Positions 1 through 9,661 of a stretch of 64,000 bases of DNA are shown here, piece by piece. The translations under genes and the position numbers were made by a program. Numbering within the stretch: position 1 is the stretch's first letter; every line of letters starts with the position of its first letter. The DNA comes from an uncultured Chloroflexia bacterium (GTDB taxonomy: Bacteria; Chloroflexota; Limnocylindria; Limnocylindrales; CSP1-4): assembly GCA_963748625.1 (NCBI GenBank), contig CAVVJT010000002.1, positions 64,001-128,000 on the forward strand. The letters run 5' to 3'. Under the pieces are notes generated by a model. It did no database searches and had not been told where the DNA came from. It was given only the letters and a program-made list of their open reading frames with translations.

Positions 1-786
1 CAGGACGCCGACGGCCTTGGAGAGCGTGCCCACCTGGATGGCGACCCTTCCCTCGAGGCCGAAGTGGCTGACCGAGCCACGGCCGTCCCTGCCTAGGACA
101 CCGCTCGCGTGCGCGTCATCGACCAGGACCGCGGCGCCGTACGCCTCGGCGGCATCCACGATGCCGGGCAGCGGCGCGATGTCGCCGTCCATCGAGAACA
201 CACCATCGGTGACGACGAGGACCAGGCGGTGGGGCGTGCCCTGGTCGTCGCGGCCCTTCGAACGCGCCTCACCCAGGACCCGGCGGAGGTCGTCCACGTC
301 GGCGTGCTTGTAGATGACGCGAGGCGCCTTCGAGAGCCGCATGCCGTCGATGATGCTGGCGTGGTTGAGCTCGTCCGACACGATCAGGTCGGTCTCGCCG
401 GTGATCGTGGGGATGACCCCGGTGTTGGCCGTGAAGCCAGACTGGAACGTGAGGACCGCCTCCGTGTGCTTGAACGCGGCAAGCTCGGCCTCCAGCGCCT
501 CGTGGGTGGTCATCGTCCCAGCGATGGTCCGGACCGCGCCGGACCCGGCACCGTACTGCTCCACCGCCCGGATGGCCGCCGCCTTCATGCGCGGGTGGTG
601 CGACAGGCCCAGGTAGTCGTTGGAGCTCAGGCTGATGACGCGCCGGTCGTCGAGCGAGACGATCGGCCCCTGCGCTGAGGACATCACGCGCAGCGGGCGG
701 TAGAGATGGCGCTCCCGGAGCGCGGCCAGCTCATCGTCGAGGTGGGCGAGCGGGTTGGCCATGGGGTTCGGCCTGGGGGTTGTCAT
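1..786 (-). CDS. kbl: Glycine C-acetyltransferase (2-amino-3-ketobutyrate CoA ligase), PLP-dependent AONS family; 3' end runs off the window
   Basis: Manual translation from ATG 786 (GGAGG upstream): [57 protein letters not shown]. Lies directly downstream of tdh. Confidence 0.88.
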   Translation of the reverse strand, partial: MTTPRPNPMANPLAHLDDELAALRERHLYRPLRVMSSAQGPIVSLDDRRVISLSSNDYLGLSHHPRMKAAAIRAVEQYGAGSGAVRTIAGTMTTHEALEAELAAFKHTEAVLTFQSGFTANTGVIPTITGETDLIVSDELNHASIIDGMRLSKAPRVIYKHADVDDLRRVLGEARSKGRDDQGTPHRLVLVVTDGVFSMDGDIAPLPGIVDAAEAYGAAVLVDDAHASGVLGRDGRGSVSHFGLEGRVAIQVGTLSKAVGVL

Positions 787-800
787 GGTCGCCTCCCGCC

Positions 801-1829
801 TCACGCGGTCCAGTCGAGGAGGACCTTCCCGGAGTCACCGGAACGCGCCGCCGCGAACGCGGCCTCGTGCTCGGTGAACGGGAAGCGGTGGGTGATGCAC
901 GGCTTGATGTCCATGCCGGACTGGAGCATCACGGTCATCTTGTACCAGGTCTCGTACATCTCCCGGCCGTAGATGCCCCGGATGGTCAGCAGCTTGAAGA
1001 CGATCTCGTTGACGTCGATGCTGATGTCCTGGGTGGGGATGCCCAGGATCGCGATCGAGCCGCCGTGGGCCATGCCGTCCATCATCGACCTGATGGCGGC
1101 GGGGTTGCCGGACATCTCCAGGCCCACGTCGAAGCCCTCGACCATGCCCAGCTCGGCCTGGACGTCCGCGAGGTTCTCCACGCGGGGGTCCAGCGTCCTG
1201 GTCGCGCCCATCCGGGCGGCGAGCGCACGGCGGACCGGGTTGGGCTCGCTGACCACGACGTGGCGGGCGCCGGCATGACGGACGACGGCGGTGGCCATCA
1301 GGCCGATGGGGCCGGCGCCGGTGATGACCACGTCCTCGCCCAGCACGGGGAAGGCGAGGGCCGTGTGCACCGCATTCCCGAACGGGTCGAAGATCGCGGC
1401 AACCTCCTCGTCGACGCCCGGCCAGTGGTGCCACACGTTGGTCATCGGCAGGGCCACGTACTGCGCGAAGGCCCCGTCCCGCCCCACACCCAGGCCGACG
1501 GTGTTGGCGCACAGGTGGCGCCGACCGGCCAGGCAGTGCCGGCAGCGTCCGCAGGTCACGTGGCCCTCACCTGACACGATGTCGCCGAGGTGGAAGTCCA
1601 CGACGTTCGAGCCCGTCTCCACGATCTCGCCCACGAACTCGTGGCCGGCGATCAGCGGAGGCTGGATCGTCTTGGCGGCCCACGGATCCCAGGACTCGAT
1701 GTGCAGGTCCGTGCCGCAGATGCCGGTCCTGCGCACCTTGATCAGCACGTCGTTGATGCCGATCACGGGGTTCGGGACGGTCTGCAGCGAGAGGCCAGGT
1801 CCGGGCGCGGTCTTGACCAGGGCGAGCAT
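801..1829 (-). CDS. tdh: L-threonine 3-dehydrogenase
   Basis: [21 protein letters not shown]...C Zn motifs, [25 protein letters not shown]; next to kbl. Confidence 0.95.
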   Translation of the reverse strand: MLALVKTAPGPGLSLQTVPNPVIGINDVLIKVRRTGICGTDLHIESWDPWAAKTIQPPLIAGHEFVGEIVETGSNVVDFHLGDIVSGEGHVTCGRCRHCLAGRRHLCANTVGLGVGRDGAFAQYVALPMTNVWHHWPGVDEEVAAIFDPFGNAVHTALAFPVLGEDVVITGAGPIGLMATAVVRHAGARHVVVSEPNPVRRALAARMGATRTLDPRVENLADVQAELGMVEGFDVGLEMSGNPAAIRSMMDGMAHGGSIAILGIPTQDISIDVNEIVFKLLTIRGIYGREMYETWYKMTVMLQSGMDIKPCITHRFPFTEHEAAFAAARSGDSGKVLLDWTA

Positions 1830-1877
1830 GGGTCGGCTCCTGTTCGGTGTTGGCCGCGACGTCGGCCGTGGCGTCCG

Positions 1878-2852
1878 TCAGGGGAGCGGGCGGGGATCCT
1901 CGGTCCAGTCCATGACGGGATTCTCCACCATGCCGATCCCCTCGATCTCGACGCGGGCGCGATCGCCGGGCTCCAGGAACACGGGCGGGTCCCGGAATAC
2001 CCCGACGCCTGCCGGGGTGCCGGTGGCGATCAGGTCGCCGGGTTCCAGGGTGACGTGGCGCGAGATGAAGCTCACCAGCGCGGGCACGTCCCAGATCATG
2101 TCGGCCGTGCTCCCGTCCTGCATCAGGACCGGCTCCGAGTCCTCGCCGGCGGGGATGCGCCAGCTGCGGACGGCAAGGCCGGCCTTCGGGTCGAGGTCGT
2201 CGGGGGTGACCATGGTGGGACCGATGGGCAGGAAGGTGTCCGAGCCCTTGGCGCGCAGCCACTGGCCGTCGCCCTTCTCGCCCTTGTGCAGTGCCGCTGG
2301 GTTGCCCTGCCAGTCCCGTGCGCTCACGTCGTTGACCACGACGTACCCGGCGACGCAGGCCATGGCGTCCGCTTCGACGACCCTGCGTGCGGTCCTGCCG
2401 ATGACGACCCCCAGCTCCGCCTCCAGGTCGAGGGCGCGCGTGCCCTCCGGCCGGACGATGGCCTCGCCGTCACCGATCACCGTGTTGGCGAACTTGGCGA
2501 AGAGCATCGGGCGGTCCGGGACGGACCGGCCGCCCTCCTTGACGTGGTCGGCGTAGTTGAGCCCCACGCAGACGATCTTGCCCGTGGTGATGTCGTTGAG
2601 CGCCGGCGCCGGGATCCGGTCGTCGAGGTTGCGCAGGGGGGCGCCCTTCTTGAGGGCCCGCTTTGCCGCACGGTCAAGCTCGCCCAGCCAGTCATCCTCG
2701 AAGCCCAGCTGAAAGCCGATGCCCAGGTGGGTGTCGATGGCGGGGTCCAGGCCGCCCCGCTTCTCCAGCTGCGATCCGGTGAGGAGGCGGCCCATGACCA
2801 GCACGCCGAGGCGCTCGTCCCCGAAGCGGTCGTAGTAGGCGTACAGGCGCAT
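1878..2852 (-). CDS. Fumarylacetoacetate hydrolase family protein
   Basis: KIVCVGLNYADH, LDLEAELGVVIG, NDVSARD, AKGSDTFLPIGP, GDLIATGTPAGVG. Confidence 0.92.
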   Translation of the reverse strand: MRLYAYYDRFGDERLGVLVMGRLLTGSQLEKRGGLDPAIDTHLGIGFQLGFEDDWLGELDRAAKRALKKGAPLRNLDDRIPAPALNDITTGKIVCVGLNYADHVKEGGRSVPDRPMLFAKFANTVIGDGEAIVRPEGTRALDLEAELGVVIGRTARRVVEADAMACVAGYVVVNDVSARDWQGNPAALHKGEKGDGQWLRAKGSDTFLPIGPTMVTPDDLDPKAGLAVRSWRIPAGEDSEPVLMQDGSTADMIWDVPALVSFISRHVTLEPGDLIATGTPAGVGVFRDPPVFLEPGDRARVEIEGIGMVENPVMDWTEDPRPLP

Positions 2853-2882
2853 GGGCGTTCGCGATCCTTCCTGGGTGCCGGT

Positions 2883-3725
2883 CTAGTCGCCGGCCGACGG
2901 GGTCGGCGTCGGGACCAGGCACTGGGGCTCCGGCGGTGCGACGAAGCGGCCGTCGACCACGCGCTCACCATAGCGAGTGTAGAAGTCGTAGGCCTCTGCC
3001 GAATCGAGCGAATCGAGGTACAGCACGCGATTCCACACGAGCGCAGCGTACTTGGTCGGCATGTCCTCGAACCGGGCGATCACGGGCCCGACGTCGCCGG
3101 CCGGCAGCTTGCAGACGGCGCTCTCCGGGAAGCCCTGGTCGAAGGCGGCCAGGGCCGCAAGTCCGGCCTCATCGCAGGCACCCTGCTCGCAGGAGTACAG
3201 GAGCACGAGGCCGCCGTGCTCGAGGTTGTGGACCCAGCCGTTGGGCTCGCTCTTGTCCTCGGGGCCGTACACCTGCGGCTTGAGCGGGCCGAACCCGGGG
3301 TTGTTGAGGTGCTTGCCGGAGGCCGGCGGGCAGACGGGGTAGGTGACCTTGTCGCCGCGGTTCACGTGGCCGTTGCCCTGGTCGGGCTGGACCTGACCGA
3401 GCTCGCCGTCCGCAGCGGGCTTGACCTTCTCGATGCTGCTGCAGGCGTAGGCGGGCGCCGCGGCGCTCGAGAAGACCCAGGCGCCGACGCCTGCGACGAG
3501 CGCGACGACGACGATGGCGAGAATTGGGGTGCGCAGGCGCTGCAGGAGCGGGGGCTTCTCGGCGGCGCGGCTGGGGCGGGGGGTGTGGCGGCGGCCGGCA
3601 CGCCTGGAGCCGGTGGGGCTGGAGGAGCCGGTGGGGTTCGAGCCCTGGTGGTTCGAGCCCTGGGGGCGGCCGCCTCCCTGCGGCACGTCGGACGAGGAGG
3701 GCTTGGGGCGCTTCGGCTCAGACAC
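2883..3725 (-). CDS. Membrane-anchored DUF3105-like protein
   Basis: Basic N-terminus, one TM helix, then YPVCPPASGKH and WVHNLEHGGLVLLY motifs. Start at GTG 3725 is uncertain. Confidence 0.75.
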   Translation of the reverse strand: MSEPKRPKPSSSDVPQGGGRPQGSNHQGSNPTGSSSPTGSRRAGRRHTPRPSRAAEKPPLLQRLRTPILAIVVVALVAGVGAWVFSSAAAPAYACSSIEKVKPAADGELGQVQPDQGNGHVNRGDKVTYPVCPPASGKHLNNPGFGPLKPQVYGPEDKSEPNGWVHNLEHGGLVLLYSCEQGACDEAGLAALAAFDQGFPESAVCKLPAGDVGPVIARFEDMPTKYAALVWNRVLYLDSLDSAEAYDFYTRYGERVVDGRFVAPPEPQCLVPTPTPSAGD

Positions 3726-4038
3726 TGGTGGGACGCTCCGGTGATGCTGGGTCGGTGGCGAACGGGACGGGTCATCGCCGTGGGGGAAGCGTAGCGCAGC
3801 GTGGCGCAGGACCCCGTCCCGCGGCCCGGCCGTCGCCGGGCCGGAGCCCGGCCCGCCCGCGGGCCGCCCGCCTCGCCGTGAGGTGGCCGATTCCATCCGC
3901 AGGAGGATGAAACCGCCGCCTCATCCGCGTGGGAATCGAATCCGAGCGGACCGTGCAGGGGTCAGACCGCGGAGTCGGGGTTCGGCCCCCGACCTCCGCA
4001 CGCCCCAGGCGGATTTCACCACGGGGATCGTTGGCCGA

Positions 4039-4100
4039 ATCCATCCGCGCAGGAATGGCCGGCCGGATCCATCCGCGCAGGAATGGCCGGCCGGATCCAT
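4039..4100. repeat. 28-bp tandem duplication ATCCATCCGCGCAGGAATGGCCGGCCGG, about 2.2 copies
   Basis: Copies at 4039-4066 and 4067-4094, partial at 4095-4100; a degenerate relative near 3885-3903. Confidence 0.9.
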
Positions 4101-4155
4101 GCGCGTGCGTGAGGAGAAGGCCCGCGTGCGTGCGGCGAAGGCGGGACCCGCAGGC

Positions 4156-4527
4156 CTACGGCTCGTTGAGCCAGGAGCGGACGTCCGGCCGGGTCAACCC
4201 GAAGAAGAGCAGCGCCGCCAGGACGGCCATCACCAGCGCCATGATCGGCTGCGCTGCAAGCAGCCCAAGCGGGATGGCCGGGATCGTCAGCGTGGACAGG
4301 CCGAGGGCAAGTCCGCGTGATGCCTGCTTGCGTTGCAGGACCAGCGTGGTCGTGAAGATCGTGTAGGCGAGCAGGATCATCACCACGATCCCAGGCAGCG
4401 AGATCGGAGCGCTGATGGCCTGGTCGATGACCCAGCGCAGCGACAGCCCGATCAGGCCGAGGACGAGGAACGCATAGCCGAGGAAGATGCGGATGCCGCC
4501 GGGCATCGCGAGGAAGGTGCTGAGCAT
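4156..4527 (-). CDS. Small integral membrane protein (about 4 TM), unknown function
   Basis: MLSTFLAMPGGIRIFLGYAFLVL... has four hydrophobic segments; -10-like CATCAT lies 6 nt before the ATG. Confidence 0.75.
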   Translation of the reverse strand: MLSTFLAMPGGIRIFLGYAFLVLGLIGLSLRWVIDQAISAPISLPGIVVMILLAYTIFTTTLVLQRKQASRGLALGLSTLTIPAIPLGLLAAQPIMALVMAVLAALLFFGLTRPDVRSWLNEP

Positions 4528-4853
4528 GGGGGCATGATGCCACCGGGAGTCGAACGTACGCCCGCCGCGAACGCACGCCCGCTGCTGGCCGATCAAGCGC
4601 CGGCCGATCAGGCGCCCAGGGCTGCTGCCACGGCCCACCACGGCCCACGTGGGGGGCGTTTCGGGCCGTGCTGAGCGTGTCGTGCGGGCGAAACCTCGGG
4701 TTCTCGACGCGGCGTGTGCGTGCGAGGAGCGGATATGGCCCCCAGGTGGGGCGCGCCGCTGGGGCGCGCCGCGGGCGAGCAGCAGGGATCCCCGGCCAAC
4801 CGCCCGATCCACCGCGATCCGGCCCTCGCCGCCGAACCCGAATCACAACACGC

Positions 4854-4882
4854 TTGACACCACGCGGATACGCCACTAATCT
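4854..4882 (+). promoter_or_regulatory. Sigma70-type promoter of the lacI/maltodextrin operon
   Basis: TTGACA (4854-4859), 17-nt spacer, TAATCT (4877-4882). Confidence 0.8.
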
Positions 4883-4884
4883 CC

Positions 4885-4912
4885 GCTAAACCGGTTTGCT
4901 AAACCGGTTTGC
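4885..4912. promoter_or_regulatory. Two overlapping LacI-type operators (GCTAAACCGGTTTGC x2)
   Basis: Palindromic core AAACCGGTTT with central CG, repeated at a 13-bp period over the predicted transcription start, just upstream of a LacI gene. Confidence 0.8.
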
Positions 4913-4969
4913 ATCACCGAACCGGCACCTGCCCACAACCCGGGCGCCCGGCTCGACACCGAGGAGAAC

Positions 4970-6046
4970 GTGGACCAGGGCACCCCCCGACGCGCGCGCA
5001 TTGCCGACGTCGCCCGCGAAGCGGGCGTCTCGAAGACGGCGGTGTCGTTCGCGTTCAACAGCCCCGACCGGCTCTCGCCCGAGACGGCCAGCCGGATCCT
5101 CGATATCGCGGATTCCCTCGGCTACCGGCCCCACCCGGTGGCCAGGATGCTGACCCAGCGCCAGACCCACACGCTGGGCGTCCTCACGCCGCAGGCGCTG
5201 TCGGTGATCTTCTCGAACCCCTACTTCGGCGCCTTCTCGGAAGGTGTCGCGCTGGCGGCCGAGCGCGATGGCTACGCGCTCCACTTCATCTCGCCGCTTC
5301 ACGGGTCCCTGGCCCGCGCGATGGGTCGGGCCACGGTGGACGGGGTCGTGGCGGTGGGCCTCAGCGCCAGGCACCCCGAGGTGGAGCAGATCCGGGCCGC
5401 CGGCCTGCCGCTCGTGATGGTGGACTCCACGGCGCTGCCGGACCAGCCGGCTGTGCAGGTCAACGACGAGGGTGGGGCGCGTGCCGCCGCCGAGCACCTG
5501 CTGAGCCTGGGCCACCGGAACATCCTGGTCACCGGCATCGAGCCGCCCGAAGCCGGCGAGATCATGGACCAGGACGGCGTCACCGCCCGTCGCCTGCGCG
5601 GCTACCAGGCAGCATTCACCGCCCGCGGCCTGGCGCTCGACCCGCAGGCCGTCATCGTCGCGCCCGCCACCATCGAGGGCGGCATCAGCGTGATGCGCCG
5701 GGCCTGGGACGATGGCCTGCGTCCAACGGCGGTGCTCGCCATGTCGGACGCCATGGCCATCGGCGTCCTGCGCGCCGCGCGCGAGCTGGGCCTGCGGGTG
5801 CCGGAGGACCTGTCGGTCGTCGGGTTCGACGACATCGACATCAGCCAGCACACCAACCCGCCCCTCACCACCGTGCACCAGCCGATCCGCCAGAAGGGCG
5901 AGAGCGCGGTGCGCCTTCTCCTGTCCGTCGTCGAACGACGGGATCCAACCCCCGAGCAGCTCCGCCTGGAGACGCGGCTGGTGATCCGCGGTTCCACGGG
6001 GCCGGCGCCGCGCACGCGGCAGGAGGTGGAACGGGCCCGAGGCTGA
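4970..6046 (+). CDS. LacI-family transcriptional regulator
   Basis: IADVAREAGVSKTAVSFAFN HTH, LGYRPH hinge, VPEDLSVVGFDD, PPLTTVHQP. Confidence 0.96.
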   Translation: MDQGTPRRARIADVAREAGVSKTAVSFAFNSPDRLSPETASRILDIADSLGYRPHPVARMLTQRQTHTLGVLTPQALSVIFSNPYFGAFSEGVALAAERDGYALHFISPLHGSLARAMGRATVDGVVAVGLSARHPEVEQIRAAGLPLVMVDSTALPDQPAVQVNDEGGARAAAEHLLSLGHRNILVTGIEPPEAGEIMDQDGVTARRLRGYQAAFTARGLALDPQAVIVAPATIEGGISVMRRAWDDGLRPTAVLAMSDAMAIGVLRAARELGLRVPEDLSVVGFDDIDISQHTNPPLTTVHQPIRQKGESAVRLLLSVVERRDPTPEQLRLETRLVIRGSTGPAPRTRQEVERARG

Positions 6047-6227
6047 CGACGCAGGAGTCTGCGGCACGGGCCTGAGCAGGCCCGGGGGGTCCGCGCCGGG
6101 ACACCGGCGTGGCACTGCCGCCGCTCCCACCAGGTTCAGGACCGGACCCGGTCCGACAGCGATCCGCTCCGCGGGTCGCATGCCACTAGGCAACCCACAT
6201 GGTTTTCTTGAGGAGACCTACACCAGG

Positions 6228-7547
6228 ATGAACACCAAGATCAAGCTCGCTTCGCTCCTTGCGGGCGCGGCGATCGTCGTCACCGCGTGCGGTGGCAGCG
6301 CCGCCACCCCGGCTCCGGCCGCCACCGAGGCCCCCGCGGCCACCGAGGCTCCGGCCGCCACCGAGGCTCCGGCCGCCACCGAGGCCCCCGCGGCCTACTG
6401 CACCGACGCACCCACCGCCCTCACCATCTGGACCAAGGAGGGCGATCCGTCCCTCGCCTACGTCCAGCAGGTCGCTGCCGACTACACCGCCGCGCACCCG
6501 AACGTGACCTTCGAAGTCGTCAACAAGGACGTCGAGGCCCTCCGCGAGGACTTCCAGACGTCGAGCCTCGCGGGCGATTCCCCCGAGATCCTGTGGACCG
6601 TCGCGGACCACATCGGCCCCTTCACCTCGGCTGACCTGATCCTGCCGCTCGACGACATGATCGACACCGCCAGCTACGACGCTGCAGCTCTCGCCATCGC
6701 GCAGGCTGACGGCAAGACCTGGGGCGCGCCGATCTCCTTCGGCAACCAGCTGATGATGTACTTCGACAAGAGCGTCGTTGCCGAGGCTCCGGCCGACAGC
6801 ACCGCCTGGATCGAGGCCGCCAAGGCCGCCACCACCGGCGACAACTACGGCATCGTCTTCAACCAGACCGAGTCCTTCTGGCTCGTCCCGTTCCTGGGCG
6901 GCTTCGACGGCGCCGTCTTCGCTGAGGATGGCGTCACCCCCACCCTGGACACCGACGCCATGAAGGGCGCGCTCCAGTTCATGTATGACCTCAAGTACAC
7001 CGACAAGGTCATGCCGGCCGAGGCCGACTACAACGTCGCCGACGGCCTGTTCAAGGACGGCAAGGCGCCGATGATCATCAACGGCGACTGGGCCATGGCT
7101 GACTACAGCACCGCCAAGGGCGACAACCTGGGCGTGGCCCCGATCCCGCAGATCACCGGCAAGAGCTGGCCGGCCCCGTACATCGCGGGCTCCTTCTGGA
7201 TGGCCAGCAAGGCCGTTGGCGACAACGCCGACATCAAGTGCATCGTCTCCGACTTCTTCACCTGGTCCACCAGCACCGACGAGCAGATCAAGATGGTCTC
7301 GACGCTCAAGCGCCTCCCCGGCAACGCCGCGGCCCTTGCTGACGCCGTCGTGACCGGCGATCCGCTCCTGTCCGGTGCTGCCGAGGCCGCCATGAAGGGC
7401 GTCCCGCAGCCGACCAACCTCGAGATGCGCTGCGTGTTCGACAGCATGACCGCGGGCGTCAAGGACATGTTCGCCGGCAACAGCGACATCGCGAGCATCA
7501 CGGCGACGATGCAGTCGTCCGCCGAATCCTGCATCTCGCAGCAGTAA
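6228..7547 (+). CDS. Sugar ABC transporter substrate-binding lipoprotein (MalE/maltodextrin-like)
   Basis: AGGAGA upstream, lipobox VTAC, APAATE linker repeats, FKDGKAPMIINGDW motif. Confidence 0.9.
   Translation: MNTKIKLASLLAGAAIVVTACGGSAATPAPAATEAPAATEAPAATEAPAATEAPAAYCTDAPTALTIWTKEGDPSLAYVQQVAADYTAAHPNVTFEVVNKDVEALREDFQTSSLAGDSPEILWTVADHIGPFTSADLILPLDDMIDTASYDAAALAIAQADGKTWGAPISFGNQLMMYFDKSVVAEAPADSTAWIEAAKAATTGDNYGIVFNQTESFWLVPFLGGFDGAVFAEDGVTPTLDTDAMKGALQFMYDLKYTDKVMPAEADYNVADGLFKDGKAPMIINGDWAMADYSTAKGDNLGVAPIPQITGKSWPAPYIAGSFWMASKAVGDNADIKCIVSDFFTWSTSTDEQIKMVSTLKRLPGNAAALADAVVTGDPLLSGAAEAAMKGVPQPTNLEMRCVFDSMTAGVKDMFAGNSDIASITATMQSSAESCISQQ
6310..6395 (+). repeat. 18-bp coding tandem repeat encoding (APAATE)4-5 linker
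   Basis: GCTCCGGCCGCCACCGAG-like units after the lipobox. Confidence 0.85.
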
Positions 7548-7560
7548 CCTGTAGGCGGGC

Positions 7561-7593
7561 AACGGGCCCCGGGGCATCGCCCCGGGGCCCGTT
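7561..7593 (+). terminator. Strong stem-loop after the binding-protein gene (terminator or mRNA stabiliser)
   Basis: AACGGGCCCCGGGGC-ATC-GCCCCGGGGCCCGTT perfect inverted repeat. Confidence 0.8.
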
Positions 7594-7642
7594 CTCCGCC
7601 CCGTCAATCCTTCCCGCACAAACGACCTGAGGGAGGATCCAT

Positions 7643-8668
7643 TTGAGCATCGACGCGGTCATCAACGCACTACGGCAGGTCGGCCTCACCCTCGTTGTCG
7701 TCGCCGTGATCGTTGCGGTGCTCGAGGGCGCCCTCTACCTGCTCCTCGTCAAGGGACTCAAGACCAAGTGGGCGGTCCCCGTCATGCTGGTCGCCCCCGC
7801 GGTCCTCGGGCTCGCCATCCTCGTGGTCTGGCCGCTCCTCTGGGAGGTGAACGTCTCGTTCACCAAGATGAGCCTGAAGAACTTCAGGGACCCCGGGTTC
7901 CTCGGCCTTGCCAACGGCATGTGGGTCGGCCTGGAGAACTACATCCAGGTCTTCACCGAGCCCGTCCTGAAGCTCACCTCGTTCTGGCAGCTCCTCGGCC
8001 AGACGATCCTGTGGACGATCATCAACGTCTTCTTCCACGTCGCGGTCGGCATGGCGCTCGCCCTCCTGCTGCACCGCAAGATGCGGGGCAAGGGCATCTA
8101 CCGCGCGCTGATCATCCTGCCGTGGGCCATTCCCCAGGTCATCGCCCTGCTCGTGTGGCGGACCGAGTTCAACTTCCAGTACGGGATGGTCAACCAGATC
8201 CTGGGGATCTTCGGCATCCCACCGGTCCCCTGGATGTCCGACCCGATCGCGAACTTCGTGGCGATGTGCTTCACCAACATCTGGCTCGGAATCCCGTTCA
8301 TGATGGTCATCATCCTCGGCGGTCTCCAGAGCATCTCGCCGGAGTACTACGAGGCGGCCGAGATCGACGGCGCCAGCAGCCGGCAGTCGTTCCGGGCGAT
8401 CACCATGCCGCTGCTGCGGCCTGTGCTGACCCCGGCGATCATCCTGGGCACCGTCTGGACGTTCAACAACATCAACGTCCCCTTCTTCATCAACCAGAAC
8501 GAGCTCGAGACGAGCGACATCCTGGTCACGGCGCTCTTCCGCCAGGCCTTCCAGTACAACCGGTACGGTGATGCGGCGGCGTTCGCGATCGTGATCTTCC
8601 TGCTCCTGCTCGCCTTCACCATCGTGTACGTCCGCAAGACCGGCAGCCTGAAGGGGGCCTACGAATGA
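7643..8668 (+). CDS. Carbohydrate ABC permease (MalF-like)
   Basis: Multiple TM helices; YEAAEIDGAS EAA loop; ILPWAIP. Confidence 0.93.
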   Translation: MSIDAVINALRQVGLTLVVVAVIVAVLEGALYLLLVKGLKTKWAVPVMLVAPAVLGLAILVVWPLLWEVNVSFTKMSLKNFRDPGFLGLANGMWVGLENYIQVFTEPVLKLTSFWQLLGQTILWTIINVFFHVAVGMALALLLHRKMRGKGIYRALIILPWAIPQVIALLVWRTEFNFQYGMVNQILGIFGIPPVPWMSDPIANFVAMCFTNIWLGIPFMMVIILGGLQSISPEYYEAAEIDGASSRQSFRAITMPLLRPVLTPAIILGTVWTFNNINVPFFINQNELETSDILVTALFRQAFQYNRYGDAAAFAIVIFLLLLAFTIVYVRKTGSLKGAYE

Positions 8669-9585
8669 GCGGTGCCGTCCCCCCCGTCCAGCAGGCGGGA
8701 GCGCTCCAGAAGGCGTCCCAGAACCGCATCAAGGGCAATACCGGTGAGGGTGGCCGCACCGATGGCCCGCTCAAGCGGCTGGTCATCCACGCCGTCCTGG
8801 CCTTCGCCGCCCTGGTCGCCTTCTTCCCGATCGTGCGCGTGTTCAGCGTCGCCGTCCGACCGGGCAACCAGATGCTCTCCACGGACCTCTCGATCATCCC
8901 CGATGGCGCCACGCTCGAGTCGTTCCGCAAGGTCCTGTTCGAGTCGGACCTGCCGCTCTGGCTCTGGAACAGCCTGATCATCACCCTGGGCACCTCGGTG
9001 CTGGGCGTGATGATCGCGGCGACGTCCGCGTACGCCTTCAGCCGGTACAAGTTCCCGGGGCGCGGCATCGGCCTCACGATGCTGCTGGCCACCCAGCTGA
9101 TCCCGGCCGCGATGCTCCTGGTCCCCCTGTACATCATCGCCGTGCAGCTCAAGCTCCAGAACTCGTACGTGGGCATGGTCATCGGCCTGTCCGTGACCGC
9201 CGTCCCGTTCAGCATCTGGATCCTGAAGGGCTACTACGACACCGTGCCGATCGAACTGGAGGAGGCCGCCCGCATCGACGGCTGCTCGGAGCTGTCGGCC
9301 TTCTGGCGGGTTCTCCTTCCCCTGTCCACGCCGGCCCTCGCGGTGGTGTTCCTGTTCAACTTCCTGTCGGCGTGGAACGACTTCTTCCTCGCGCGGATCC
9401 TGATCTCGAAGGAGACGATGCTCACCTGGCCACTCGGCCTGCAGCGCTTCCAGGCCCAGTTCCAGACGCAGTGGAACGAGCTCGCCGCGTCCTCGATCCT
9501 GATCGCGATCCCGGTCGTGCTCCTGTTCCTCTACTCGTCCAAGTGGCTGGTCTCCGGCGTCACCGCCGGCGGCGTCAAGGGCTAG
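8665..9585 (+). CDS. Carbohydrate ABC permease (MalG-like)
   Basis: ATGA overlap with the previous gene; LEEAARIDGCS; AWNDF. Confidence 0.93.
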   Translation: MSGAVPPVQQAGALQKASQNRIKGNTGEGGRTDGPLKRLVIHAVLAFAALVAFFPIVRVFSVAVRPGNQMLSTDLSIIPDGATLESFRKVLFESDLPLWLWNSLIITLGTSVLGVMIAATSAYAFSRYKFPGRGIGLTMLLATQLIPAAMLLVPLYIIAVQLKLQNSYVGMVIGLSVTAVPFSIWILKGYYDTVPIELEEAARIDGCSELSAFWRVLLPLSTPALAVVFLFNFLSAWNDFFLARILISKETMLTWPLGLQRFQAQFQTQWNELAASSILIAIPVVLLFLYSSKWLVSGVTAGGVKG

Positions 9586-9661
9586 CCACCCTCCATCCCG
9601 CTGCCACACCCGGGGCCGGTCCGCATCGCGGTCGGCCCCGCGTCCATTGAGGGCCACGTTC

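Noticed and set aside
1590-3794. 734-aa plus-strand ORF and other long antisense or overlapping ORFs (e.g. 6186-7619, 33352-34980, 40178-41860, 52002-54062, 58716-60185)
   Set aside because: Shadow ORFs typical of high-GC coding DNA; they overlap well-supported genes and have no recognisable motifs.
4039-4100. 28-bp repeat as a possible CRISPR array
   Set aside because: Copies are contiguous with no spacers, and no cas genes are present.
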